A stretch of 49,645 nucleotides of DNA. It comes from Methylophilaceae bacterium. Its GTDB lineage: Bacteria > Pseudomonadota > Gammaproteobacteria > Burkholderiales > Methylophilaceae. The translations under genes were made by a program, and so were the position numbers. Positions 20,825 to 30,681 of this stretch are shown here, in pieces. The stretch spans positions 1-49,645 of the forward strand of contig JANMBK010000002.1 in assembly GCA_031360365.1 (NCBI GenBank), written 5' to 3'. The notes beneath the pieces are model-generated. The model was given only the letters and a program-made list of their open reading frames with translations. It was not told the DNA's origin and searched no databases. The first letter of the stretch is position 1, and the number at the start of each line of letters is the position of its first letter.

Positions 20825-21788
20825 AGCCCATTAAACGCTCATAGCGCGCGGCGAGTAATTTTTCGGTAGTGCGCTTTTGCAATGCAGCCAACTCAGTTTT
20901 TAAGATGCGCCGCATAGATTCCATTGTCGCTTGCACATCACGGTGTGCGCCGCCCAGTGGCTCAGATACAATCACGTCTACCAAGCCTAAAGCTTTCAAC
21001 CTAACTGCGGTAATCCCTAATGTTTCTGCAGCTTCTGGCGCCTTGCTGGCGCTTTTCCATAAAATACTGGCACAGCCTTCTGGCGAGATGACTGAGTAGG
21101 TTGAATATTGCAGCATAATAAGCTGATCAACTACTCCTAGCGCTAATGCCCCACCAGAGCCGCCTTCACCAATCACCACACCAATAATCGGCGTTTTAAG
21201 CTCACTCATCACATATAAATTTTTGGCAATCGCTTCACTTTGGCCACGCTCTTCTGCGCCAATGCCAGGGTAAGCACCTGGAGTGTCGATGAGGGTAATA
21301 ATCGGCAAGCCAAATTTTTCTGCCAAGCGAAACAAACGCAAGGCTTTACGATAACCTTCTGGGCGCGGCATACCAAAGTTGCGGTATTGGCGCTCTTTCA
21401 CATCGCGGCCTTTTTGGTGCCCGATGACCATCACGGGCTCACCTTCAAATCGTGCAATGCCGCCCACAATCGCGGGGTCATCAGCATAAGCGCGGTCGCC
21501 ATGCAGCTCTTCAAAATCAGTGAATAACTCACGAATGTAATCTAGCGTATATGGCCGTTGTGGATGTCGCGCTACTTGCGAAATTTGCCAAGCACTTAAA
21601 TTGTTGTAAGTGTCTTCAAGCATTTTCTTATTTTTTTTCTGTAACTGCACAAGCTCTTTGCTAATATCTAAATCGTCATGATCGTCATGTGACACTTGTA
21701 GCGCCTCGATGCGCTTTTCCATTTCGGCAATGCCTTGCTCGAAATCTAAGTAGCTTATTTTTGTGTCTGTGGCTCGTTTATTACTCAT
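20793..21788 (-). CDS. accA: Acetyl-CoA carboxylase carboxyltransferase alpha subunit
   Basis: [34 protein letters not shown] and GEGGSGGA. Confidence 0.97.
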   Translation of the reverse strand: MSNKRATDTKISYLDFEQGIAEMEKRIEALQVSHDDHDDLDISKELVQLQKKNKKMLEDTYNNLSAWQISQVARHPQRPYTLDYIRELFTDFEELHGDRAYADDPAIVGGIARFEGEPVMVIGHQKGRDVKERQYRNFGMPRPEGYRKALRLFRLAEKFGLPIITLIDTPGAYPGIGAEERGQSEAIAKNLYVMSELKTPIIGVVIGEGGSGGALALGVVDQLIMLQYSTYSVISPEGCASILWKSASKAPEAAETLGITAVRLKALGLVDVIVSEPLGGAHRDVQATMESMRRILKTELAALQKRTTEKLLAARYERLMGYGKFKETASK

Positions 21789-21819
21789 GCTTATTCATTT
21801 ACCGTTATTTACATCTTAG

Positions 21820-24800
21820 CTAATTATAAAGGATTTTTACATTATCTACCGATAACCATGCGCGCAGATGCGTTAATAACTCATCTTGCAACTCCACACG
21901 CCAAGCATCGCCAAGCATCAGGCTGGCCTGGCCTTGTGCATTGTGATAATCAATTTTAACCGGACACAATTTTTTATCAGCTTCGGCTGATTTTTTACGA
22001 TATGGGCCTAAAATATTGGTGAGTTTCACCGCATCTGATTGCCCGTTGCAATAGAGTTTAAGCATGCTGGCGTGCACACTACGTGCAGTGGCTAAATCAT
22101 ACAATTTTCGCGCACTGACGCGAATTCCTCCTGAAAAATCATCATTGCTGACGCGGCCTTCCACCACCAATACCGCGTCTTCTTTGATCAGTCCTGCCGA
22201 TTGACTCAACAGCTCACTACCCACTACCACATCCACACGCGAGACCGCATCGTCAATAGTCACAATTGCCATTTTGCCGCGTTGCGTCATGCGTATGCGC
22301 ACGCCTGTGACGATGCCCGCCAGCAGTTTGGGTTGCTCTTGCGGTTGCAAATCTGCCAATGTGCCACGCATAAATTGGCTAATATCTTCCTTAACATTTA
22401 AAAACGGATGTCCACTTAAATAAAAGCCCAGCGCGGCTTTTTCTTGAATCAGCGATTGTTCTGATGACCACGCCTGCACGTTCGGCAGCGCGTGTGTAGC
22501 TTCTGCCACACCGCCAAATAAACTATTTTGGCCTGCATGACTATTACTTTGTTCGGCCACACTAATGGCCATGCTCACACCAGCCAATAACGCAGCGCGA
22601 TTAGGCTCCAATTTATCAAATGCGCCGACGCGAATCAGCGATTCAATCACGCGTCTGTTCACTTTGCGCAAATCTAAACGTGCGCAAAAATCGAACAAGC
22701 TTTTAAACGGGCCGTCTGCCTCTCGTGCTGCCAAAATTAGCTCAATCGCCGCTAGCCCAGTGCCTTTAACCGCGCCTAAACCATACAAAATTTGCGTATT
22801 ATTTAAAGGCTCAAAGCGGTAACCACTTTGGTTAATATCGGGCGGTAAAACCTCTACTTTATTTGGCGCACAGTCATCAAAAAATAGGTGGATATTGTCG
22901 GTATTATTCATGTCTGCCGACATGGTAGAAGCCAAGAATGCAGCTGGATAATGCGTTTTTAAGTACGCCGTATGGTAGGCAACCAGCGCATAAGCCGCCG
23001 CATGCGATTTATTAAAGCCATAGCCGGCAAATTTTTCTAATAAGTTAAATAACTCAGTCGCTTGGCGATCGTTCAAGCCATTTTTAAGCGCACCTTCGGT
23101 AAAAGTGACACGCTGTGCATCCATCTCCTCTTTTTTCTTTTTGCCCATGGCGCGGCGCAGCAAATCGGCGCCACCCAAGCTGTAGCCCGCCACCACCTGC
23201 GCAATTTGCATCACCTGCTCTTGATAGACTGCAATGCCGTAGGTTTCTTTTAGTATTGATTCTGTCGCAGGATGTGGATATTCCACGCGTTGTTGGCCGT
23301 GCTTGCGGCGACAAAAATCAGGGATTAGATCCATCGGACCTGGCCGATACAAGGCAACCAGCGCAATGATATCTTCAAAGCAATCGGGTTTAGCTTGCTT
23401 GAGCATGTCTTTCATGCCGCGCGATTCTAGCTGAAACACCGCCGTGGTATTGGCAGTCTTTAATAAATTGTAGCTGGCCTTATCATCCAAAGGGATGCTC
23501 TGGAAGGCAAGCGGAGCGCGGCTCTCAGGGCTGCCATTTTCGCTCGGATTTAAATTATCTTCAAATCTGCGCTGTTTATTGGCGTTTTCAAGCGCTAACT
23601 CCAAAATAGTCAGTGTGCGCAAGCCCAAGAAGTCAAACTTCACCAAGCCAACTGCCTCAACATCGTCTTTGTCATATTGGCTGACCAAGCTGCCACCATC
23701 AGCTTGGCAATAAATCGGTGAAAAATCAGATATTTTACTGGGCGAAATTAATACGCCGCCTGCGTGCATACCCACGTTGCGCACCAAGCCTTCTAAGCGC
23801 AAAGCCAGCTCTAGTAAAGTCGCTACCTCCTCCTCGCTTTCTCGCCTTTCCTGTAACTGCGGCTCTTTTTCTAGCGCCACACTTAGTGTAATCCCCAGCT
23901 CTAGTGGAATCAATTTGGCAATGCCATCAACAAAATTAAACGGCAGATCCAGTACACGGCCAACATCACGAATCACCGCCTTTGCGGCCATAGTACCGAA
24001 GGTGGCGATTTGGGAAACGGCGTCTAAGCCATATTTTTGCTTGACGTAATCGATGACGCGATCGCGGCCATCCATGCAAAAATCGATGTCAAAATCGGGC
24101 ATAGAAACACGATCTGGATTTAAAAATCGCTCGAACAGTAAATTATATTGCAGCGGATCAAGATCGGTAATATTTAAGCTATATGCTACTAGCGAGCCAG
24201 CGCCAGAACCACGCCCAGGGCCAACTGGCACGCCATTGTGCTTGGCCCAATTAATAAAATCGGCCACAATTAAAAAGTAGCCTGCAAAGCCCATCTGGTT
24301 AATGATGCGGCATTCAAACAGGAGCCGCGCTTCGTATTCGGCGCGTTTTTTCTCACGTACATTTTCATCTAGATACAACACCAGCAGGCGTGCATTGAGT
24401 CCCTGCTGAGATTGTTGTATTAAATAAGCATCTAAACTTTCATTATTGGGCGTAGGAAAATTAGGTAAATAATTTTTGCCCAGCGTAATAGTCAAATTAC
24501 AGCGTTTTGCGATTTCTATTGTATTGGCCAGCGCTTCGGGAATATCCGCAAACAGCTCACACATTTGCGTCTGGGTTTTAAAATATTGCTCTGGTGTAAA
24601 ATTTTTCGGGCGACGGCTATCGGCCAGCATATAGCCTTCTGCAATGCAGGTGCGCGCTTCGTGCGCCATAAAGTCGTCTGGCGTGGTAAATTGAATTGGG
24701 TGTGTGGCGACAACTGGAAGCTCGTGTTGGCAAGCTAAATTTAATACGTTGTTTACTAATGCTTCTTGAGTAGGTTCGTTGATTGCCGTGCGTTGTAACT

Positions 24801-25374
24801 CAAGATAAAACCGGTTTGGAAACAGGCTAGACCATGTTTTTGTGAGTGCGCCAGCAGCCGCATGGTTATTGGCTTGCAGAGCAGTGCCAATATCACTATA
24901 TTTGCTGCCAGAAATTAAAATGAGACCTTCTGTAGGTGAGCCTTGTGTAGTTGAGCCTTGTATGGCCTGATTATCAGGGTCTAACAGCCAATCTTGTTTT
25001 ATCTCGGCACGGCCACGATATTGGTTTTCTAAGTATGCGCGGCTGATCAATTGGCAAAGGGTTAAATAACCCGTGCTGTTTTGCACCAACAATAGAATAC
25101 GAAATGCTTGGTCACGATTCTTTGTGTTTTCTAACCACAATTCGCAGCCAATAATAGGTTTAACGCCTTTATCGCGCGCGGCTTTATAAAATTTTATGGC
25201 TCCAAATAAATTGCTTAAATCGCTCAGCGCCAGCGCGGGCATGGCATCTTGATTGGCAGCTTCAATGTAGTCATCGATGCGGACGATGCCATCTACAATC
25301 GAATATTCGCTATGACAACGCAAATGTACAAATTGCGGCAGAATTGTTTGTGAACTTGTAGTCGCTTCTTGCAT
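21820..25374 (-). CDS. dnaE: DNA polymerase III alpha subunit
   Basis: PHP domain HLRCHSEYS, GRGSGAGS, SMPDFDIDF, KFDFLGL and YGFNKSH. Confidence 0.98.
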   Translation of the reverse strand: MQEATTSSQTILPQFVHLRCHSEYSIVDGIVRIDDYIEAANQDAMPALALSDLSNLFGAIKFYKAARDKGVKPIIGCELWLENTKNRDQAFRILLLVQNSTGYLTLCQLISRAYLENQYRGRAEIKQDWLLDPDNQAIQGSTTQGSPTEGLILISGSKYSDIGTALQANNHAAAGALTKTWSSLFPNRFYLELQRTAINEPTQEALVNNVLNLACQHELPVVATHPIQFTTPDDFMAHEARTCIAEGYMLADSRRPKNFTPEQYFKTQTQMCELFADIPEALANTIEIAKRCNLTITLGKNYLPNFPTPNNESLDAYLIQQSQQGLNARLLVLYLDENVREKKRAEYEARLLFECRIINQMGFAGYFLIVADFINWAKHNGVPVGPGRGSGAGSLVAYSLNITDLDPLQYNLLFERFLNPDRVSMPDFDIDFCMDGRDRVIDYVKQKYGLDAVSQIATFGTMAAKAVIRDVGRVLDLPFNFVDGIAKLIPLELGITLSVALEKEPQLQERRESEEEVATLLELALRLEGLVRNVGMHAGGVLISPSKISDFSPIYCQADGGSLVSQYDKDDVEAVGLVKFDFLGLRTLTILELALENANKQRRFEDNLNPSENGSPESRAPLAFQSIPLDDKASYNLLKTANTTAVFQLESRGMKDMLKQAKPDCFEDIIALVALYRPGPMDLIPDFCRRKHGQQRVEYPHPATESILKETYGIAVYQEQVMQIAQVVAGYSLGGADLLRRAMGKKKKEEMDAQRVTFTEGALKNGLNDRQATELFNLLEKFAGYGFNKSHAAAYALVAYHTAYLKTHYPAAFLASTMSADMNNTDNIHLFFDDCAPNKVEVLPPDINQSGYRFEPLNNTQILYGLGAVKGTGLAAIELILAAREADGPFKSLFDFCARLDLRKVNRRVIESLIRVGAFDKLEPNRAALLAGVSMAISVAEQSNSHAGQNSLFGGVAEATHALPNVQAWSSEQSLIQEKAALGFYLSGHPFLNVKEDISQFMRGTLADLQPQEQPKLLAGIVTGVRIRMTQRGKMAIVTIDDAVSRVDVVVGSELLSQSAGLIKEDAVLVVEGRVSNDDFSGGIRVSARKLYDLATARSVHASMLKLYCNGQSDAVKLTNILGPYRKKSAEADKKLCPVKIDYHNAQGQASLMLGDAWRVELQDELLTHLRAWLSVDNVKILYN
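23495..23533. repeat. Intragenic copy of the 39-bp palindrome family (in dnaE)
   Basis: ATGCTCTGgAAGgC-aagcggagcgc-GGCTcTCAGGGCtg; aligns without gaps to the intergenic copies at 19394 and 41479. Confidence 0.6.
24846..24884. repeat. Intragenic copy of the 39-bp palindrome family (in the dnaE PHP domain)
   Basis: GTGCgCcagcAGCC-GCATGGTTATT-GGCTTGCAGAGCAg; the spacer nearly matches the intergenic spacers (TCATGGATATT, GCATGGATGTT). Confidence 0.7.
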
Positions 25375-25421
25375 GCTGCTATTTTACCCGCTTGCAAAAA
25401 ATAATGGCGCCCTTTAAACAC

Positions 25422-25450
25422 AAAAAAACCGCTTAAAGTGAGCGGTTTTT
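25422..25450 (-). terminator. Rho-independent terminator after chpA
   Basis: AAAAAAACCGCT-taaagtg-AGCGGTTTTT; gives a U7 tail on the minus strand. Confidence 0.85.
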
Positions 25451-25471
25451 ATAAGTTTTAAATGTTTAAGC

Positions 25472-28400
25472 TTAATGTAAAACGTGCTTGGAAGCCAGCA
25501 AATATTTAATTTTAGCAATCAATTCATCATCTTGCACGGGCTTACCAAAGAAGGCATCGACACCAATTTCTTTGGCTAAATTTTGATGCTTATCTGCAGT
25601 ACGCGAGCTAATCATAATTAAAGGCGTTGCTGCGGTGCGTACGTCATCGCGCACGTTACGCGCCAATGCAAAGCCATCCATGCGCGGCATTTCAATGTCA
25701 GTTAAAATCGCATCTGGGCTGGTTTCTAGCAGTATCTGCATAGCATCGATCCCATCTTTAGCTACAATCACTTCAAAACCTTCGCGCTCTAATAAGCGGC
25801 TTAATACTTTACGCATGGTCAGCGAATCATCCACCACCATCACCTGGTATTTGGCTATTACTTCCTCTTGCTTCAGATTAGCTGCTGCACCCGTTGTATT
25901 AATGGTTAACACAGCGCGCGCAACTAACTGCACAGGATTTATGACCAACATGATACTGCCGTCGCCAGTTACCGTTGCGCCCACTATGCCAGGCACGCGG
26001 GCCAGCTGTGCACCAATTGGCTTCATCACAGCCTCCTGATTGCCAATCACTTCATCCACATGCAAGGCAATGTTAAATGAACCCACGTGCAACAGTAGTA
26101 TAGCGTTATAAGCATGATCTTCAGGCCGTTGCTTTTGATGGCCTAACAAGTTACCCAAATAGTGAATAGCGTAATGTTTATCTGCCCACACAATTTCTTC
26201 AGCTTGATAGGCTTCTATTAAAGGTTGTCGTTTAATTTTTTGTGCTTGTTCAATAATGCCCACTGGCAATGCATAGATAGCAGCGCCAGAGCGCACTAGC
26301 AGCACCTGCGCCACAGATAGTGTCACTGGCAAGTTAGCCGTAAATGTCGCGCCTTTGCCAAACTCGCTGGTTAATTCAACACGACCACCCAAGCCACTAA
26401 TGTCGTTGCGAACGACATCTAACCCCACACCACGGCCGGCGATTTGTGAAACTTTTTCAGCAGTAGAAAACCCTGTTTCAAAAATGACAGACATTAAGGC
26501 CTGATCACTGATTTCTGCATTTGCGTCGATAAGATTGTTTTGGATGGCTTTATCTTTCACCCGCGCTAAATCAATGCCAGCTCCGTCATCGCTCACGGAA
26601 ATCTGAATCTCGTCATTTTCTTGACATATTTTTAGCGTTATGGTGCCTACATCCAGTTTGTTTTTCTTTTTGCGGTCGGCTGGTATTTCAATTCCATGTG
26701 CCACAGCGTTTCTTAATAAGTGCTCTAGCGGCGCACCTAGTTTATCCAGCATACTGCGGTCAATCTCTGTGGCTTCACCATCTATCACCAAGTTCACCGA
26801 TTTTTTAAGCTCTCGTGCGGTTTGACGCACAATGCGCTGCAGACGCTCGGAAATTTGCTTAAATGGCAGCATACGCACACCCAGCAGGTTTTGTTGCAAA
26901 TCGCGGTTCATGCGGTTTTGTTGCTGCAAAGCGGCTTCAGAGTGATCTAAGTTAGTAATCAAGCTATTTTGAATGGTGCCCACGTCATTCACGCTTTCCG
27001 CAATCATGCGGGTAAGCTCTTGCAAGCGAGTAAATCGGTCAAATTCTAACGGGTCAAATGTCTCGTTAGTCTCTTGCAAAATACTCATCCGCGATTGCAA
27101 CTGTGTTTCTGCTTCAATCTCCAGCTCGCGCAAATAACTACGCAAACGCGTTAAGCTATCCGTTAAATCGTGAGAGGATTGCTTGAAGCCCGTCAGTTCG
27201 CGGTCTAGGCGTGAACGAATAATTGAAATCTCGCCCGCTTCGTTTATCAGTCTATCCAGTGTATCAGCACGCATGCGTAAAAACTGCGCTTTGCGATCTG
27301 TGGTGCGGCCTGTAGGCGCTGCATCCACTGGTTTGATATGGTCAATAGTTTCTTCGGGAGTGAAGTTAATAGTTTGCTCAAAATAACCACCTATTTTATC
27401 CAGCTCAACAAACATACTTTCAAAGTCAATCTCGGCATTTTTGCGTTTTAGCGAGCGAACCACTTCGTCTTCAAGCTCATGCACCGCATCACCCAAGGCA
27501 GTTTGACCCGCCATACGTGCACTGCCTTTTAGCGTATGTAAGGCGCGTTGCAAAGCATCAGAGTGCCTAATTTGTTTAGGGTCGGCATGCCATGCGCGCA
27601 AGTCAGCGCCAATCTCAGGCATGATTTCGCGCGCTTCTTCAATAAACATGGTTAGTAATTCTTGGTCAACTTGCGCATTAATTTGTTCTGTCGCCTGCGT
27701 ACCTACGTTAGCAATTTTTGTTTGATAGGATTTACCTTCTGTTACAAGCTTAACCTCAATCTCGGTATCATTTACTTCATCAGGCGCTTGTTGAGGTGTC
27801 TCTACTATTGTTTCCGCTATCTCGTCTAGGGTTGGTGCTTCGTCATTCCCCAGATCAACTGAAAAATCTTTGCGCTGTTTGGCTTGTTGCGTAGCCTGAT
27901 TAAGTACTTTAATTAAGGCGTCAGCAGCGCGTGGATTTTTCTGCTCTGATATTTTTTGCCACATGCCTGATAAGGATTTCACGACATTCGCATATAAGTC
28001 TGCATGTTGCGCAGTCCATATGTCATTGGATTCATCTAGCCAATGCTCAAGCGCGCGACTGAGTTCACCCATCGGCTTAAACTGTGCTGCCAAGGCGTTG
28101 CTGGCTAATGTGTGGATTGCATGCAACGCAGCTTTTGACGGCTGCAATGTTCTTTCTGCAGCAACTTTAACCACGTCCTGCTCTAAAATAGTTACATTTT
28201 GACCACTTTCAAGCATAAAAATATCGTATAACGCACGGCTCATTTTGCGCGTACCGCCTATCAACACTTGTGCTTCTAGTTTTTTAGGCGTTTTAGCTTT
28301 GGTTTTTTCAGCTTTTCCGTTAGCTATTTGAATAATCTCTGCTTGTGCGACTACATCTTGCTCTGGCATCTCCGCAATTCGCATCAACCAAGCCTCTTGG

Positions 28401-30628
28401 TTAACTTCCACTTGGCTATTGGCACGCAGCTCATCTGTCCAATTGGCAAACGCAGCTGCTACTTGCTCAATAGTGCTCACTTGTTTAAAATTGAGTGTGT
28501 TTTTCTTATCTAATACCCCATTTAAAAAGAACTCCACTTGTCCAGCAACTTCGCCTAGCGCGCTTAATCCAACCGTCCGCCCACTACCTTTTAAAGTGTG
28601 AAAACTACGTCGCACTTCTATCAGCGCTTCATTGTCAGTCACATTCACGCGCAATGCTTGGCAGTTTTGCGCAATGTGCGCCAATACCTCTTCTGCTTCG
28701 GTTAAGTAAATATCGAGCAACTCTGCATCATAAGCTTGGTCGGTAACTGTTGGCCCTTCAACAATCGGCGTATCAACTTCAGCTTGCTGTTGTTCAACCA
28801 TTGCTTCAACAGTCTCGGTTGACGCGGTGGAAAGTTTCGCCGCTTTTTTAGATTTAGCTTGATCAATTTCTTTTGTTGTTTTAGTTAAGCCTGCCTGTGC
28901 CAACGCAGCATTTAAACGTTGCAACGCACCTTCTAAGGCTTTTTCAGATTCTGGGCGCGTTTTCGGCATTTCATCCGCATATAAACCTAACATACTTAAG
29001 CTTTCTGCCAGCAACTCAAAATCAGCTTGGTTTGGTACATAAGCGTCTTGCTGAAAGTATTCAATGTATTGACTACTGGCGTTAGCAATAGCGGTAGGCA
29101 TGGCCAAACCCAGCATGTCAAACACAGCCGAAACTTGTTTAATCGGTTGTGGAGTCAGTGTTAAAGGCGCTTTCTCAGCAGGGTTACGGAAATAGCTATC
29201 TAAGGCTTGCTCAACAATTTTAAGCGATTCATTAATGTGAATCACCACCGCTTTGACTGTTTCGCGATCTAGCTCACCAGCGCGATCCGTGTCTAATTTA
29301 TCGTAAACTTCACCAGAAGATATTGACTCTATGCGCAATAATTCAGAATACAATTTATGTAACTGCGTTGGCTTTAAATCCGCATAATTATATAACGCGG
29401 ATTGAATCAAATTTAAAGCTGCTGCCATTTCAATCAAAGCGGCATGATTCACTTTGCTGGCATCATCGCGCAGCGTATTGCTGGCTTGTTGCAAGACCGA
29501 GTAAAAATCGACAAACAACGCTTGGCTTAAATTTTGTGCAATGCCTTGGCTAATAACTATCGCGTCAGAAAACTTAGTAATGAGCACATTATCAATATGC
29601 ACGGGGCTGGTGCTAGTTTTATTGTCTATTTTGCTAAAATTGAGCGTATTAGAGATTTCATCCCAAATATCTCTTAAATTTTCCAATTCTTCTATTAACT
29701 GTTCTACCAATGCTGTTTCGTTTGCATCAATACTTGTGCCAATAAAATTGGCTGATGATTTTTTATCGATGAACTGGTCTAATTCAAAGACTTGTTTTAC
29801 CTGATGCACGTTTGCGGTATCTAAATCGCTTATCGCCACGTAATATAAAATATCGCGCAATAAGTTATTGTGAGGCTTATTCACACCATCCGCAAATAAG
29901 CGCATTTCGTGATCTAGCTTACGGCATAGTTTTTTTGCACCTTGATTTTCGGCAATTTCTTTTTGAGCCAATGTGTCTGTAAATGCACTAGCGGCCCACC
30001 ACAAAGTTTTGTTATTGTTATTTTGCTGTGCTTGACTTACATTGCTTACAGCAGTAGTCATGCTATCTACCGCGCCGGCCTGCTTGGTTTGCAGCCAATT
30101 GAGAAATGATTTCTGATACGCCACGCGCTGCTCTACTATAAAGCTAACATATTCTACATCGCTTAAGTCTTTGCTAGGTATTGTTTTAGGCGCACTATTG
30201 CTAGTATCAGGAAAGAACAACTCGCTTTCGTCGATAGCCTCCCCTTGTGCAGTGACAATTGGATTTAATGCTGGATACAAACGTAGTGGAATATCAGGCG
30301 AGCCGTTAAGTAGCTCTTGCAGATAAGATTGCAGTGTTTTTACCGCTTTTTCAAATGCGGCAATCAACTCAGGCGTAGCGTCGACGGTCTTTTTTTCAAG
30401 CTTGCCAGCTAATTTCTCTAACTCGCTCGAAAACCTTTTGCAGCCTTCCAAACCCACCATATCAAGCGCACCTGAGGCTTGATATAAACTGGTCTGCGAA
30501 AAACGCATAGGTGAAGTATCATGAATATTCGCCTGCACTGCATCTATGTTAGTCAACACAGAGTCAAGCAATTGATTGATTTGGTCTTTTACCCAACTTA
30601 ATGGGCCGCTATCAAAATTTTGAGCCAC
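25472..30628 (-). CDS. chpA: Pil-Chp chemosensory histidine kinase ChpA/PilL (multiple Hpt, CheA kinase, CheW, REC)
   Basis: HTLKGS Hpt motifs, FDPLEFDRFT, HLLRNAVAHGIE, AGRGVGLDVV, a CheW domain and a C-terminal receiver. Confidence 0.93.
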   Translation of the reverse strand: MAQNFDSGPLSWVKDQINQLLDSVLTNIDAVQANIHDTSPMRFSQTSLYQASGALDMVGLEGCKRFSSELEKLAGKLEKKTVDATPELIAAFEKAVKTLQSYLQELLNGSPDIPLRLYPALNPIVTAQGEAIDESELFFPDTSNSAPKTIPSKDLSDVEYVSFIVEQRVAYQKSFLNWLQTKQAGAVDSMTTAVSNVSQAQQNNNNKTLWWAASAFTDTLAQKEIAENQGAKKLCRKLDHEMRLFADGVNKPHNNLLRDILYYVAISDLDTANVHQVKQVFELDQFIDKKSSANFIGTSIDANETALVEQLIEELENLRDIWDEISNTLNFSKIDNKTSTSPVHIDNVLITKFSDAIVISQGIAQNLSQALFVDFYSVLQQASNTLRDDASKVNHAALIEMAAALNLIQSALYNYADLKPTQLHKLYSELLRIESISSGEVYDKLDTDRAGELDRETVKAVVIHINESLKIVEQALDSYFRNPAEKAPLTLTPQPIKQVSAVFDMLGLAMPTAIANASSQYIEYFQQDAYVPNQADFELLAESLSMLGLYADEMPKTRPESEKALEGALQRLNAALAQAGLTKTTKEIDQAKSKKAAKLSTASTETVEAMVEQQQAEVDTPIVEGPTVTDQAYDAELLDIYLTEAEEVLAHIAQNCQALRVNVTDNEALIEVRRSFHTLKGSGRTVGLSALGEVAGQVEFFLNGVLDKKNTLNFKQVSTIEQVAAAFANWTDELRANSQVEVNQEAWLMRIAEMPEQDVVAQAEIIQIANGKAEKTKAKTPKKLEAQVLIGGTRKMSRALYDIFMLESGQNVTILEQDVVKVAAERTLQPSKAALHAIHTLASNALAAQFKPMGELSRALEHWLDESNDIWTAQHADLYANVVKSLSGMWQKISEQKNPRAADALIKVLNQATQQAKQRKDFSVDLGNDEAPTLDEIAETIVETPQQAPDEVNDTEIEVKLVTEGKSYQTKIANVGTQATEQINAQVDQELLTMFIEEAREIMPEIGADLRAWHADPKQIRHSDALQRALHTLKGSARMAGQTALGDAVHELEDEVVRSLKRKNAEIDFESMFVELDKIGGYFEQTINFTPEETIDHIKPVDAAPTGRTTDRKAQFLRMRADTLDRLINEAGEISIIRSRLDRELTGFKQSSHDLTDSLTRLRSYLRELEIEAETQLQSRMSILQETNETFDPLEFDRFTRLQELTRMIAESVNDVGTIQNSLITNLDHSEAALQQQNRMNRDLQQNLLGVRMLPFKQISERLQRIVRQTARELKKSVNLVIDGEATEIDRSMLDKLGAPLEHLLRNAVAHGIEIPADRKKKNKLDVGTITLKICQENDEIQISVSDDGAGIDLARVKDKAIQNNLIDANAEISDQALMSVIFETGFSTAEKVSQIAGRGVGLDVVRNDISGLGGRVELTSEFGKGATFTANLPVTLSVAQVLLVRSGAAIYALPVGIIEQAQKIKRQPLIEAYQAEEIVWADKHYAIHYLGNLLGHQKQRPEDHAYNAILLLHVGSFNIALHVDEVIGNQEAVMKPIGAQLARVPGIVGATVTGDGSIMLVINPVQLVARAVLTINTTGAAANLKQEEVIAKYQVMVVDDSLTMRKVLSRLLEREGFEVIVAKDGIDAMQILLETSPDAILTDIEMPRMDGFALARNVRDDVRTAATPLIMISSRTADKHQNLAKEIGVDAFFGKPVQDDELIAKIKYLLASKHVLH

Positions 30629-30681
30629 CTAATTTTGCTCCAACATTTTCTGTAAGAAGTTACTATATTTTAAGGTGTAAA

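Noticed and set aside
21820-25374. Intein in DnaE
   Set aside because: The length (1184 aa) is ordinary and I see no intein splice motifs; only short loop expansions are present.
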